Source: Candidatus Limnocylindria bacterium
GTDB lineage: Bacteria > Chloroflexota > Limnocylindria > QHBO01
DNA length: 56,975 nt
NCBI GenBank assembly: GCA_038253355.1
Contig: JBBSHF010000003.1
Span: forward strand, 1 to 56,975
Reading direction: 5' to 3'
Shown: one piece after another, positions 16,421 to 24,904 of the stretch
Position numbering within the stretch: position 1 is the first letter of the stretch
Layout of the letters: every line of letters begins with the position of its first letter
Made by a program: the position numbers and the translations under genes
Notes under the pieces: generated by a model
The model's input: the letters and a program-made list of their open reading frames with translations, nothing else
Databases searched by the model: none
Told to the model about the DNA's origin: nothing

Positions 16421-17983
16421 TCAGTGCGTCGACTCGACCTTGAGAACCCAGAATCCATCTGCGGGGTCGGCGAGCAGCGGCACCAGGTGAATTGCTCCAA
16501 TGCTCGCCGGTTGGCTCAGCTCCAGCTGCCTGGCCCCTTCGGTCGTTCTGCCCACCGCGCGGTCGTAGAAGATCAGCTGGCCGGGCGAGAGGTAGCTTCC
16601 CGAGGCGTCGATGCGGGCCGGATCCAGGCCCCCGACCGCGTACAGCGGCAGGTGCAGGTCCACCACCATCTGCGGGCGCAGCAGGCCTGACACCAGGAGC
16701 TTGACCTGGCGGCCGCTGGCCACCTCCGCAGCGATTGAAGCGCGAAGCCCGGGCTCACGGTCCAGCGCGGCATTCAGGACTGGAACTGCCCGATCGGCGT
16801 GGATGTGCTGCTGAAGCGTCGCGCGCACGCTCGAGACCAGCGAGCGGCTCATGGGTGCCATCGGAACGGTTGCGATGGCCATCACCATTGCGACCAGCAC
16901 GAGACCAGCCTGCCTCAGCCGAGGTCGCCGATCCGCCGCTGGCCAGCGGAGGCCCAGGTTCACCAAGCGCAGTCCGGTGAACCCGATGGAAGCGGCGAAG
17001 GCGAGCACCAGATCGATCGGCAGCAGATATCGGTCCGATACGTAGGTCCCTCGTACGGCGAGAAAGACCAGGAAGGCCGCGACGCCAGGGCCGAGCGCGG
17101 TCAGGCCGGCGACGATCGGCCATCGTCGGTCGCGTATCAGGATGACCGCGCCAATGACGGCGAGGAGGACGAGGGGCAGCATGCCCAGGTAGCGTGCGGT
17201 CATGAGTCGCAGCACGCCGTACGGGGTGAAGTTCGGCGCCGTGGCCGAAGCCACGAACGTCGAGTAGAACGGGTTCCCGGTGAGCAGGACGTCGTGGAGC
17301 GTCTGGATGGGTACCGTCCCCAGCCCGATGAGCACAAGAAAGGCTCGCCGGGGGATCACCCGTGGCGCTCCACGACGCGCACGCAGCTCCAGCCAGACCA
17401 GGACCAGGGCGGCCAGTCCACTGACCAGGACCGTCTCGAACCGAGCCAGCCCGGCGAGCATCAGCGCCACGCCGGCGATGCCATATCGCGGGCGATCCGC
17501 CACCAGGGCGAGGCCGGCAGCCAGCCAGCCGACGAGCGCCCATGGCTCCGCGTAGGCCAGGGCAACGTCGGCGAGCAGGCGCGAGGATCCGCCGAAGGCC
17601 ACGGCTGCAAATGCGGCGGCGAGCGGACCGCCCAGCCGCCAGGCGAGCATCGTGGCCAACACCACGGCCGTGGCAAATGCTGCAATCGTGGCCCAGGAGA
17701 GCGGCCGCCAATCCCCCGTGAGCGCGTGGAGGGCACCATAGACCAGCGTGAGCAACGGCTTCGGCGTGGCCGTCACGAAGCTCTCGAGCTGCCGCCCCGC
17801 AGTCAGCCGATCGAAATAGATGACCGATGCCGCGCTGTCAAAGCCCACCTGTCCCGCGGCGAACGGACGGATCAACCACGCGGCCACCGCCGCGGCCGCG
17901 GTGAACACGGCGCATGCGATCGCCAGCACAGGCCAGAGTCCGGGAAGCGGTTCGCAGATTCGGCCAGCCGTCCCCCGGCTCAC
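16421..17983 (-). CDS. Polytopic membrane protein, GT-C glycosyltransferase-like
   Basis: About 11 hydrophobic segments with KPL, RFE and DRY motifs. Start uncertain. Confidence 0.65.
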   Translation of the reverse strand: MSRGTAGRICEPLPGLWPVLAIACAVFTAAAAVAAWLIRPFAAGQVGFDSAASVIYFDRLTAGRQLESFVTATPKPLLTLVYGALHALTGDWRPLSWATIAAFATAVVLATMLAWRLGGPLAAAFAAVAFGGSSRLLADVALAYAEPWALVGWLAAGLALVADRPRYGIAGVALMLAGLARFETVLVSGLAALVLVWLELRARRGAPRVIPRRAFLVLIGLGTVPIQTLHDVLLTGNPFYSTFVASATAPNFTPYGVLRLMTARYLGMLPLVLLAVIGAVILIRDRRWPIVAGLTALGPGVAAFLVFLAVRGTYVSDRYLLPIDLVLAFAASIGFTGLRLVNLGLRWPAADRRPRLRQAGLVLVAMVMAIATVPMAPMSRSLVSSVRATLQQHIHADRAVPVLNAALDREPGLRASIAAEVASGRQVKLLVSGLLRPQMVVDLHLPLYAVGGLDPARIDASGSYLSPGQLIFYDRAVGRTTEGARQLELSQPASIGAIHLVPLLADPADGFWVLKVESTH

Positions 17984-18015
17984 GGATGAAGAGTGGAATG
18001 AACGCTGGCCCCGGT

Positions 18016-19287
18016 TCAGCGTATCGAGTCGCCTCCGAACTGTGGCCGCAGCGCCTCGGGAATGCGGATGGAGCCATCTGGCTGCAGGTGCGTCTCGAGC
18101 AGTGCGGCATAGGTGCGCGATATGCCAAGGCCCGAGCCGTTGAGCGTGTGCACCAGCTCGGGACGTGCATCGGGCGATGAGCGGAAGCGCAGGTTCATGC
18201 GGCGCGCCTGGAAGTCGGTGTAGTTCGAGCAGGAGCTGACCTCCAGCCAGCGGCCGACGCCGGGGGACCAGGCCTCGAGGTCATAGCCCTTAGCGGGGGC
18301 GAAGCCGAGGTCGCCGGTGCAGCGCTCGACGGTCCGATACGGCAGCTCCAGCGCCTCGAGCACCTTCTCCGCCGAGCGCGTCAGCGCCTCGAGCTCGTCA
18401 TAGCTGGTCGACGGCTGGACGAACTTGACCATCTCGACCTTGTCGAACTGGTGCACCCGCAGCAGGCCGCGAGTGTCCTTGCCGGCCGCGCCCGCCTCGC
18501 GCCGGAAGCAGGGCGTGTAGGCCGCGTGGTAGATCGGCAATGCGCTGCCGGGCAGAATCTCGTCGCGGTAGATGTTGGTGACCGGCACCTCGGCGGTGGG
18601 AATCAGATACAGGTCGTCGCGCTCGATGACGTACATCTGCGCCTCCTTGTCCGGCAGCTGTCCGGTGCCGCGTGCGGACGCGGCGTTGACCAGCAGCGGT
18701 GGCCAGACCTCGCTGAAGCCGCCCTGGTCGGCCAGCTCGAGCATCAGACCGATGAGGGCGCGCTGCAGCCGCGCGCCCTGCCCGGTGTACAGGATGAAGC
18801 CGGAGCCGGCGATCTTCGCTCCCCGCTCGAGGTCGAACAGGCCGAGCCGTGCGCCGATCTCCCAGTGCGGCGGCGCGGCACCCTCGGCGGCTGGTACTCC
18901 CCACCTGCGCAGCACCGGGTTGTCCAGCTCAGTGCGGCCGTCAGGGACGTCCGGATGCGGCAGGTTGGGAATCAGCAGCAGGTCGGATTCGATGGCCGCG
19001 GCGACCTCGCCGAGCGCCGCATCGAGCGTCTTGATGCGCTGCGAGAGGCCGCCCAGCTCCGCCTTGGCGGCCTCGGCCTGGTCGCGGTGGCCGGCGCGCA
19101 TCAGCTCGCCCACCCGCTTGCTGCCGGCGTTGCGCTGGTGCTTGGCGGCATCGGCTTCGGCGAGGAGGGCTCTTCGGCGCGTATCCGCCTGCAGAATGCG
19201 CTCGACCGCGTCAGGCGCCTCGCCCTTGCGCGCGATGGCGCGCTTGACCGCCCCGGGATCGTCGCGGATGGCCTGCAGGCCGATCAC
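18016..19287 (-). CDS. serS: Seryl-tRNA synthetase
   Basis: LIPTAEVP, FRREAG, RVHQFDKVE, EVSSCSN and HTLNGSG. Confidence 0.98.
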   Translation of the reverse strand: MIGLQAIRDDPGAVKRAIARKGEAPDAVERILQADTRRRALLAEADAAKHQRNAGSKRVGELMRAGHRDQAEAAKAELGGLSQRIKTLDAALGEVAAAIESDLLLIPNLPHPDVPDGRTELDNPVLRRWGVPAAEGAAPPHWEIGARLGLFDLERGAKIAGSGFILYTGQGARLQRALIGLMLELADQGGFSEVWPPLLVNAASARGTGQLPDKEAQMYVIERDDLYLIPTAEVPVTNIYRDEILPGSALPIYHAAYTPCFRREAGAAGKDTRGLLRVHQFDKVEMVKFVQPSTSYDELEALTRSAEKVLEALELPYRTVERCTGDLGFAPAKGYDLEAWSPGVGRWLEVSSCSNYTDFQARRMNLRFRSSPDARPELVHTLNGSGLGISRTYAALLETHLQPDGSIRIPEALRPQFGGDSIR

Positions 19288-20906
19288 GGCGAGCCGCCCT
19301 TCGTCCCCGCCGGTTCGCCGGCGCCGACGGCCAGGCGCAGCCGATCAATCACGAAGCCCCGTTCGAGCGAGGCGAGCAGCCATCCCGCCCGTGGTCCGCT
19401 GGCGCGACCGATGAACGCCAGGTACACGGCGTTGAAGGCTTTGCCCGGCGGTAGCTCAGCGTCGCGCGCCGTCTCGAAGATGACCGATTGCAGCGCCTCA
19501 CCCTCCCAGGGGTTGGCCTGCTCCAGGATCTCGGCAAGCGACTCGAGGTAGGCGCGCTGCGGCTCGGTGATGGCCGCAGCCGCGTTCGGCAGGCCGTCGA
19601 GCGCGACGCTGAAGCGGATGCGCTGCGGAGCCCACTCGGGGAGCCAGCGCCGCGCCGTTTCGAGGCGCTCCTCGAGCGCGCGCAGCTCGTCGGCGACCAG
19701 CGGCGTGCCACGCTGACGGCCGATCTGCTCGGCGACGGTATCGGTCGTGGCCGATGGCATCTGGGCATAGGTCGCGACCTGCAGGAAGGGCGGCAGGAAG
19801 TACCTCGGCACGGCGCTGCCCGGCAGCTGGGCAAGCTCCACGATCCGGCGCCTTTGGGCGACCTCGACCGGATCGCTGCCCTCGACCGGGCCGGGGGCGA
19901 CCTCGGCGACGTAGCCGTCGTACTCCTCGAAGAGGCGCGGGATCGTCTCGCCGGCCGGGTCGAACTCGATCGCCGCGTTGGGGCGGTAGCGCAGCATCAG
20001 GAAGCGGATCAGCTCGGCCGGCAGGAGCTCGACCATGGCCTGCGCCGTCGCGCCGGTGCCGGCCGACGACTTCATCTTGCGGCCGCCGATGGTCAGGAAC
20101 TCGTACGGCACATTGCGAGGCGGGGTGACGTCGAACACTTCGCGGGCAAGGGCGACGGCGCGGTCACGAGACCCACCTCGCGTCGACAGGTCCTTGCCGC
20201 CCGCCTCGATGGTCACGCCGAAATGCCGCCACTTGGCGACCCAGTGCAGGTTCCACGGCAGCTTGGCAGCCCCGCGGAAGGGCGCGACGCGGCCCTCGTG
20301 CCCGCATCCGATCGCCCATGCGACGCGGTTCGGCAGGCATCGGTAGTGGACGGTCTCGCCGTCCCAGTCGTCGGCGAACGTGGTGCCAATGCGGCCGCAC
20401 TGCTCGCAGATGACCTGCAACGGCAGCCAGTCGTCGCCGTGCCGCACGTTGGAGACCTCGGCGTAGACCCGCCGCACATCGACCGCCCGGTCGAGCGCCT
20501 CGCGGATGAAGCCATCGAAGATACCGGCCGCGTATTGCTCGCTGGCCCAGTACAGCTGGGTGCGCACGCCGAGCCGCTCGAACGTATCGAGGAAGGTCTG
20601 CGCGAAATGACGCGCCCAGCTGGGCTGCTCCGAGCCGTGCGGCGCCGGAACCCGGGCGAGTGGCACGCCCATGTACTCGGTCAGGCCTTCGCGGGTGGCC
20701 AGCGTGGCGGAGTCCATGGGATCGAGATCGTCGATCCCGTACAGGAACGGCGCCTGCAGCCCGCGATCGACCAGCGCGCGGGCGATCGCGTCATGAATCA
20801 CCACCCCGCGCAGCGCACCGATATGAATCGTGCCCGACGGAGTCTTCGAGTCGTTGACGACCTGCGGGCCGGACGCCTCGAGCGCGATCTCGTCGGCCCA
20901 GAACAC
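19284..20906 (-). CDS. lysS: Lysyl-tRNA synthetase, class I
   Basis: FWAD, TPSG.IHIG (HIGH), CEQCG, KLPW...W..KW, EAGGKDL, KMKSS (KMSKS) and GPRAG. Confidence 0.95.
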   Translation of the reverse strand: MFWADEIALEASGPQVVNDSKTPSGTIHIGALRGVVIHDAIARALVDRGLQAPFLYGIDDLDPMDSATLATREGLTEYMGVPLARVPAPHGSEQPSWARHFAQTFLDTFERLGVRTQLYWASEQYAAGIFDGFIREALDRAVDVRRVYAEVSNVRHGDDWLPLQVICEQCGRIGTTFADDWDGETVHYRCLPNRVAWAIGCGHEGRVAPFRGAAKLPWNLHWVAKWRHFGVTIEAGGKDLSTRGGSRDRAVALAREVFDVTPPRNVPYEFLTIGGRKMKSSAGTGATAQAMVELLPAELIRFLMLRYRPNAAIEFDPAGETIPRLFEEYDGYVAEVAPGPVEGSDPVEVAQRRRIVELAQLPGSAVPRYFLPPFLQVATYAQMPSATTDTVAEQIGRQRGTPLVADELRALEERLETARRWLPEWAPQRIRFSVALDGLPNAAAAITEPQRAYLESLAEILEQANPWEGEALQSVIFETARDAELPPGKAFNAVYLAFIGRASGPRAGWLLASLERGFVIDRLRLAVGAGEPAGTKGGSP

Positions 20907-20916
20907 GGCGGGCGGG

Positions 20917-21381
20917 CTAGCTGATCGAGACGACCGTGAAGACGACCGGCCCGGCCGGCGCCTGGACGGTGATCCTGTCGCCCTTCTTGCGGCCCATCAG
21001 GGCGACGCCGACCGGCGACTCGTTGCTGATGCGTCCCTCGCGCGGCGCAGCCTCGGCGGAGCCGACGATGGTGAAGGTCTCCTCGCCATCGGATCCGTTG
21101 ATGACCACCCTGGAGCCGATGCTGACCTTGTCGTTGCCGTCGACCGGCTCGATCACCTCGGCGTTCTTGAGCTGCCCCTCCAGGGTGGCGATGCGGCCCT
21201 CCAGGAATGATTGCTCCTGCTTGGCATCCTCGTACTCGGCGTTCTCGCTGATGTCGCCGTCGAGCTTGGCGTCGTGAATCCGCTGTGCAACGCGCGGCCG
21301 CTCAGCGGTGACGAGATGATGCAGCTCCGCCTGCAGCTTGGTGAGGCCTTCGGCGGTGAGATAGACAGGCTTGGTGTTCAT
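20917..21381 (-). CDS. greA: Transcription elongation factor GreA
   Basis: LTAEG, GDISENAEY and ISNESPVG. Confidence 0.97.
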   Translation of the reverse strand: MNTKPVYLTAEGLTKLQAELHHLVTAERPRVAQRIHDAKLDGDISENAEYEDAKQEQSFLEGRIATLEGQLKNAEVIEPVDGNDKVSIGSRVVINGSDGEETFTIVGSAEAAPREGRISNESPVGVALMGRKKGDRITVQAPAGPVVFTVVSIS

Positions 21382-21436
21382 CGATGCCCCCTTCGGGAAA
21401 CCGTGACGATCCGAGGCGTGGGTGTTCGGCTCCGGG

Positions 21437-21469
21437 AGAAGAAAAGCGCCCCGGCCGCCCCAGGGTCGC
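21437..21469 (-). terminator. Intrinsic terminator inside the greA leader
   Basis: GCG-a-CCCTGG-ggcgg-CCGGGG-CGC followed by TTTTCTTCT, between the promoter and the greA SD. Confidence 0.65.
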
Positions 21470-21551
21470 ATATTCGCCAGCGCTCGCCGGCTTCGGCGGC
21501 CAGATACCAGAGACCGGCGCCTCCGAGCAACGGACGCGCCGACTTCCGCGG

Positions 21552-21580
21552 ATTGTAGGCCGGCACCGCAGGGGTGTCAA
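21552..21580 (-). promoter_or_regulatory. sigma70 promoter of greA-lysS-serS
   Basis: TTGACA-17-TACAAT. Confidence 0.8.
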
Positions 21581-21656
21581 AACCGATCGACGGCCCGGGC
21601 GCCATCCTGGCGCCTGCTCAGCGCACGCGCCAGCTCGGCGCCTGCTCGGCGCCGGC

Positions 21657-22490
21657 TCAGCGCAAGACGACCGCGAAGACCACCAGCAGGACAGCGGCGA
21701 CCAGACGGTAGCCGATGAAGAGCGCTGTGCTCTGCCGACGCAGGAAGCTGAGCAGGAACGCGATGGCGATGAGCCCGGAGATCGCGGCGACCATGAAGCC
21801 CACCCCCAGCGGCAGAATATCGCCGCCATGCAGCCCACCGCCCAGCAGATCGCGGCTCTTGAAGATCCCCGCCCCGGCGATGATCGGGGTGGCCATCAGG
21901 AAGCTGAAGCGCGCCGCCGACTCGCGCTCGAGGCCTAACCCCAGGCCAGCCGCGATGGTGATCCCGCTGCGGCTGATGCCGGGAAAGAGCGCCAGCGCCT
22001 GCGCGATCCCGATCACCACGGCATCGGGCAGCCGCAGGTCGCGCAGATGCCGCGTGTGGCGCCCGAGCAGTTCGCCCAGGCCCAACAGCCCGGCGCCGAT
22101 CGCCAGCAGCAGGGCGATGAAGATCAGGCTGTGCTCACGGAAGAACGTGTCGAAGAAGCTCTCACCAAGCGCGCCGAGCACCGCTCCGGGGACCATCGAG
22201 ACGACGAGCAGCCAGGCCAGCCGTCGGCGCGGATCGTTTCCGATCGAACGGTCGCGGATCGACGCCAGCCACGCACCCAGCAGGTCGATCAGCTCGCTCC
22301 AGAAATAGATGAGCAGGGCGAGCAGCGTCCCCATGTGCAGCATCACGTCGAAGGCCGCCGAGTTGATGAACGGATCGGTCCAGCCAAGAAGGCGGGGCAC
22401 GACGATGAGATGCGCCGAGGAGCTGATCGGGATGAACTCGGTCAGCCCCTGCAGCAGCCCGATGACTGCGGCCTGGACGATCAGTGGCAT
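21657..22490 (-). CDS. uppP: Undecaprenyl-diphosphatase
   Basis: QGLTEFIPISSSAH, PGISRSGIT and ARFSFL. Confidence 0.97.
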   Translation of the reverse strand: MPLIVQAAVIGLLQGLTEFIPISSSAHLIVVPRLLGWTDPFINSAAFDVMLHMGTLLALLIYFWSELIDLLGAWLASIRDRSIGNDPRRRLAWLLVVSMVPGAVLGALGESFFDTFFREHSLIFIALLLAIGAGLLGLGELLGRHTRHLRDLRLPDAVVIGIAQALALFPGISRSGITIAAGLGLGLERESAARFSFLMATPIIAGAGIFKSRDLLGGGLHGGDILPLGVGFMVAAISGLIAIAFLLSFLRRQSTALFIGYRLVAAVLLVVFAVVLR

Positions 22491-24707
22491 CTAACGAATG
22501 AAGAGCGGCGCGAGGACCAGGGTGATGGTGGCCAGCAGCTTGACCAGCACGTGCAACGACGGGCCGGCGGTGTCCTTGAAGGGATCGCCGACCGTGTCGC
22601 CCACCACCGCGGCGGCGTGCGCCTCGGTCCTCTTGCCCAGGACGTTGCCCTGCTCATCGGTCAGGTGGCCTGACTCGATGTACTTCTTGGCGTTGTCCCA
22701 CGCTCCTCCGCCGTTGTTCAGCACCGTGGCCAGCAACACCCCGGAAATGGTGCCCACCATGAGCAGGCCGGCGATCGCCTCGTGGCCGAGCAGCAGGCCG
22801 ACAATGATCGGGGTCGCCACCGCGACCGCACCGGGCAGGATCATCTGCCGCAGCGCAGCGCGCGTCGTGATGTCGACGACGCGTGCGTAGTCGGGTCGCT
22901 GGGTGTAGTCCATGATCCCCGGCATCTCGCGGAACTGGCGCCGAACCTCGACGATGATCGTCTGCGCCGTGGTGCCAACCGCGCGGATCGCCAGGCTCGA
23001 GAAGAAGTAGGCCAGCATGGCGCCGATGAGCGCCGCGATGAAGACCGACACGTTCGAAAGGTCGACCGAGGTGAGCAGCGTCCCGGCGGCACGCGTGCCG
23101 GCCTCGATCTGCTTGCCCAGGATGAGGTTGACCTTGTCGATGTAGGCGTTGAAGAGGAGGAACGCGGCGAGGCTGGCCGAGGCAATGGCATAGCCCTTGG
23201 TCAGCGCCTTGGTGGTGTTGCCGACCGCATCGAGCCGGTCCGTGATCTCGCGCGCGCTCTCCTCTGCATTGCTGAACTGGGCGATGCCGCCCGCATTGTC
23301 GGTGATCGGACCGAAGGTGTCCATGGCCAGGATGTAGGCCGTGGTCATGAGCATGCCCATGGTTGCCACGGCAGTGCCGAAGATGCCGCCCACGTCCTTG
23401 CCATCGGTCGTCAGCAGGTGCGCCTGCTGGCCGAACCAATGGCTCAGGAAAAGGGCCAGGCCGATGGAGATGGCGGTCAGGAAGGTCGTCTCGAAGCCGA
23501 CCGCGGTACCGGCGATGATGTTCGTGGCCGGGCCCGTCTTGCTGGCCTCGGCGATCTCGCGGACCGGTCGGAAGCTTCCCGCGGTGTAGTACTGGGTGAT
23601 GTACACGAACGCGACGCTGGTCAGCAGCCCCACCACGCCCGCGCCGAAGAACCAGACCCAGGATGGCAGGCCGCTGGCGCCCGTGTGCGATCCGGTCTGC
23701 ATCATGACCGCGGTGGTCAGCGCCAGGCCGCCAACACACAGGATGGTCGTCACCCAGTAGCCGCGGTTGAGGATGTTCATGGGGTTCTCGTCCTCGCGAC
23801 CGCCGATGAAGAACATCGCGACGATCGTGGCCAGCAGCCCGAAAGCGCGGACGACGAGCGGGAAGAAGATCCACGCCTCCGGATGCGGCCAGCCCGAGCT
23901 CAGGGCGATGGTGTACACGGCCACACCCAGGATCATGGCGCCGATATTCTCGGCCGCGGTGGACTCGAACAGGTCGGCACCACGACCGGCGCAGTCGCCG
24001 ACGTTGTCACCGACGAGGTCCGCGACCACCGCCGCGTTGCGCGGGTCGTCTTCGGGGATCCCTGCCTCGACCTTGCCGACCAGGTCGGCGCCGACGTCCG
24101 CCGCCTTGGTGTAGATCCCACCGCCGAGCTGCGCGAAGAGTGCCACGAAGCTCGCTCCGAAGCCGAAGCCGACGATCAGGAAGGGCGCGTCGTGCGGATT
24201 GGTGAAGCCGCCGAAGGCGGCAAAGATGCCATACACCCCGAGCAGCGAGAGGGAGACCACCAGGAAACCGGAGACCGCCCCGCCACGCAGCGCAACCCGC
24301 ACTGCGCCGACCAGGCTGTGGCGGGCGGCGGCGGCGGTGCGCAGGTTGGCCTGCACGCTGATGAACATGCCGATGATGCCCGACGCCATGGAGCATGCGG
24401 CGCCGACGAGGAAGGCGATCGCCGTGCGCCAGCCAAGCTGGATGCCGTTGATCGACGTGTCTGCGACGCTGGGACCTTCAACCAGGGTGATGACGATGCC
24501 AATGATGATCGCGCCGCCGATGGCCAGGATGGCGATCGTCTGGTACTGGCGCCGGATGAAGGCGACCGCGCCTTCGTAGATGGTGCCGGCGATCTCCTGC
24601 ATCGCGGGAGTACCGGTGTCAGCGCGCAGCACATCCCAGGCGAGATACAACGCAAAGACGACCGATGCGAGTCCTGCGATCGGTATGACCCAGGTGATCA
24701 GCTCCAT
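22491..24707 (-). CDS. hppA: Membrane pyrophosphatase, K+-independent H+-PPase type
   Basis: DVGADLVGKVE, EDDPRN, DNVGD and GDPFKD. Lys in GNTTKA is the known K+-independence determinant. Confidence 0.97.
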   Translation of the reverse strand: MELITWVIPIAGLASVVFALYLAWDVLRADTGTPAMQEIAGTIYEGAVAFIRRQYQTIAILAIGGAIIIGIVITLVEGPSVADTSINGIQLGWRTAIAFLVGAACSMASGIIGMFISVQANLRTAAAARHSLVGAVRVALRGGAVSGFLVVSLSLLGVYGIFAAFGGFTNPHDAPFLIVGFGFGASFVALFAQLGGGIYTKAADVGADLVGKVEAGIPEDDPRNAAVVADLVGDNVGDCAGRGADLFESTAAENIGAMILGVAVYTIALSSGWPHPEAWIFFPLVVRAFGLLATIVAMFFIGGREDENPMNILNRGYWVTTILCVGGLALTTAVMMQTGSHTGASGLPSWVWFFGAGVVGLLTSVAFVYITQYYTAGSFRPVREIAEASKTGPATNIIAGTAVGFETTFLTAISIGLALFLSHWFGQQAHLLTTDGKDVGGIFGTAVATMGMLMTTAYILAMDTFGPITDNAGGIAQFSNAEESAREITDRLDAVGNTTKALTKGYAIASASLAAFLLFNAYIDKVNLILGKQIEAGTRAAGTLLTSVDLSNVSVFIAALIGAMLAYFFSSLAIRAVGTTAQTIIVEVRRQFREMPGIMDYTQRPDYARVVDITTRAALRQMILPGAVAVATPIIVGLLLGHEAIAGLLMVGTISGVLLATVLNNGGGAWDNAKKYIESGHLTDEQGNVLGKRTEAHAAAVVGDTVGDPFKDTAGPSLHVLVKLLATITLVLAPLFIR

Positions 24708-24904
24708 GAAACCTCCGAATTGGATGGCTGAGGCCGTCGATGGAGCGGGCGCGGAGGCGCGTCGTGCATCGGACAACCAATCTGAACACACGGAAATCGC
24801 CGGCGGTGCGCCGCAATCTGCGGCCGCCAGCGAAGCGGCCGAAATGGTATCCCGCGGAGCGGTCGGCGGTCAACTTCCGCGGCGGACCGCGGCCGGACGC
24901 GCCA

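Noticed and set aside
21440-21545. T-box or lysine riboswitch before lysS/serS
   Set aside because: No T-box consensus, and too short for either element.
22782-24731. Long antisense ORFs (also 19488-20924, 30940-32811, 39450-40916, 54629-56416)
   Set aside because: Shadow frames of well-supported genes, expected in high-GC DNA.
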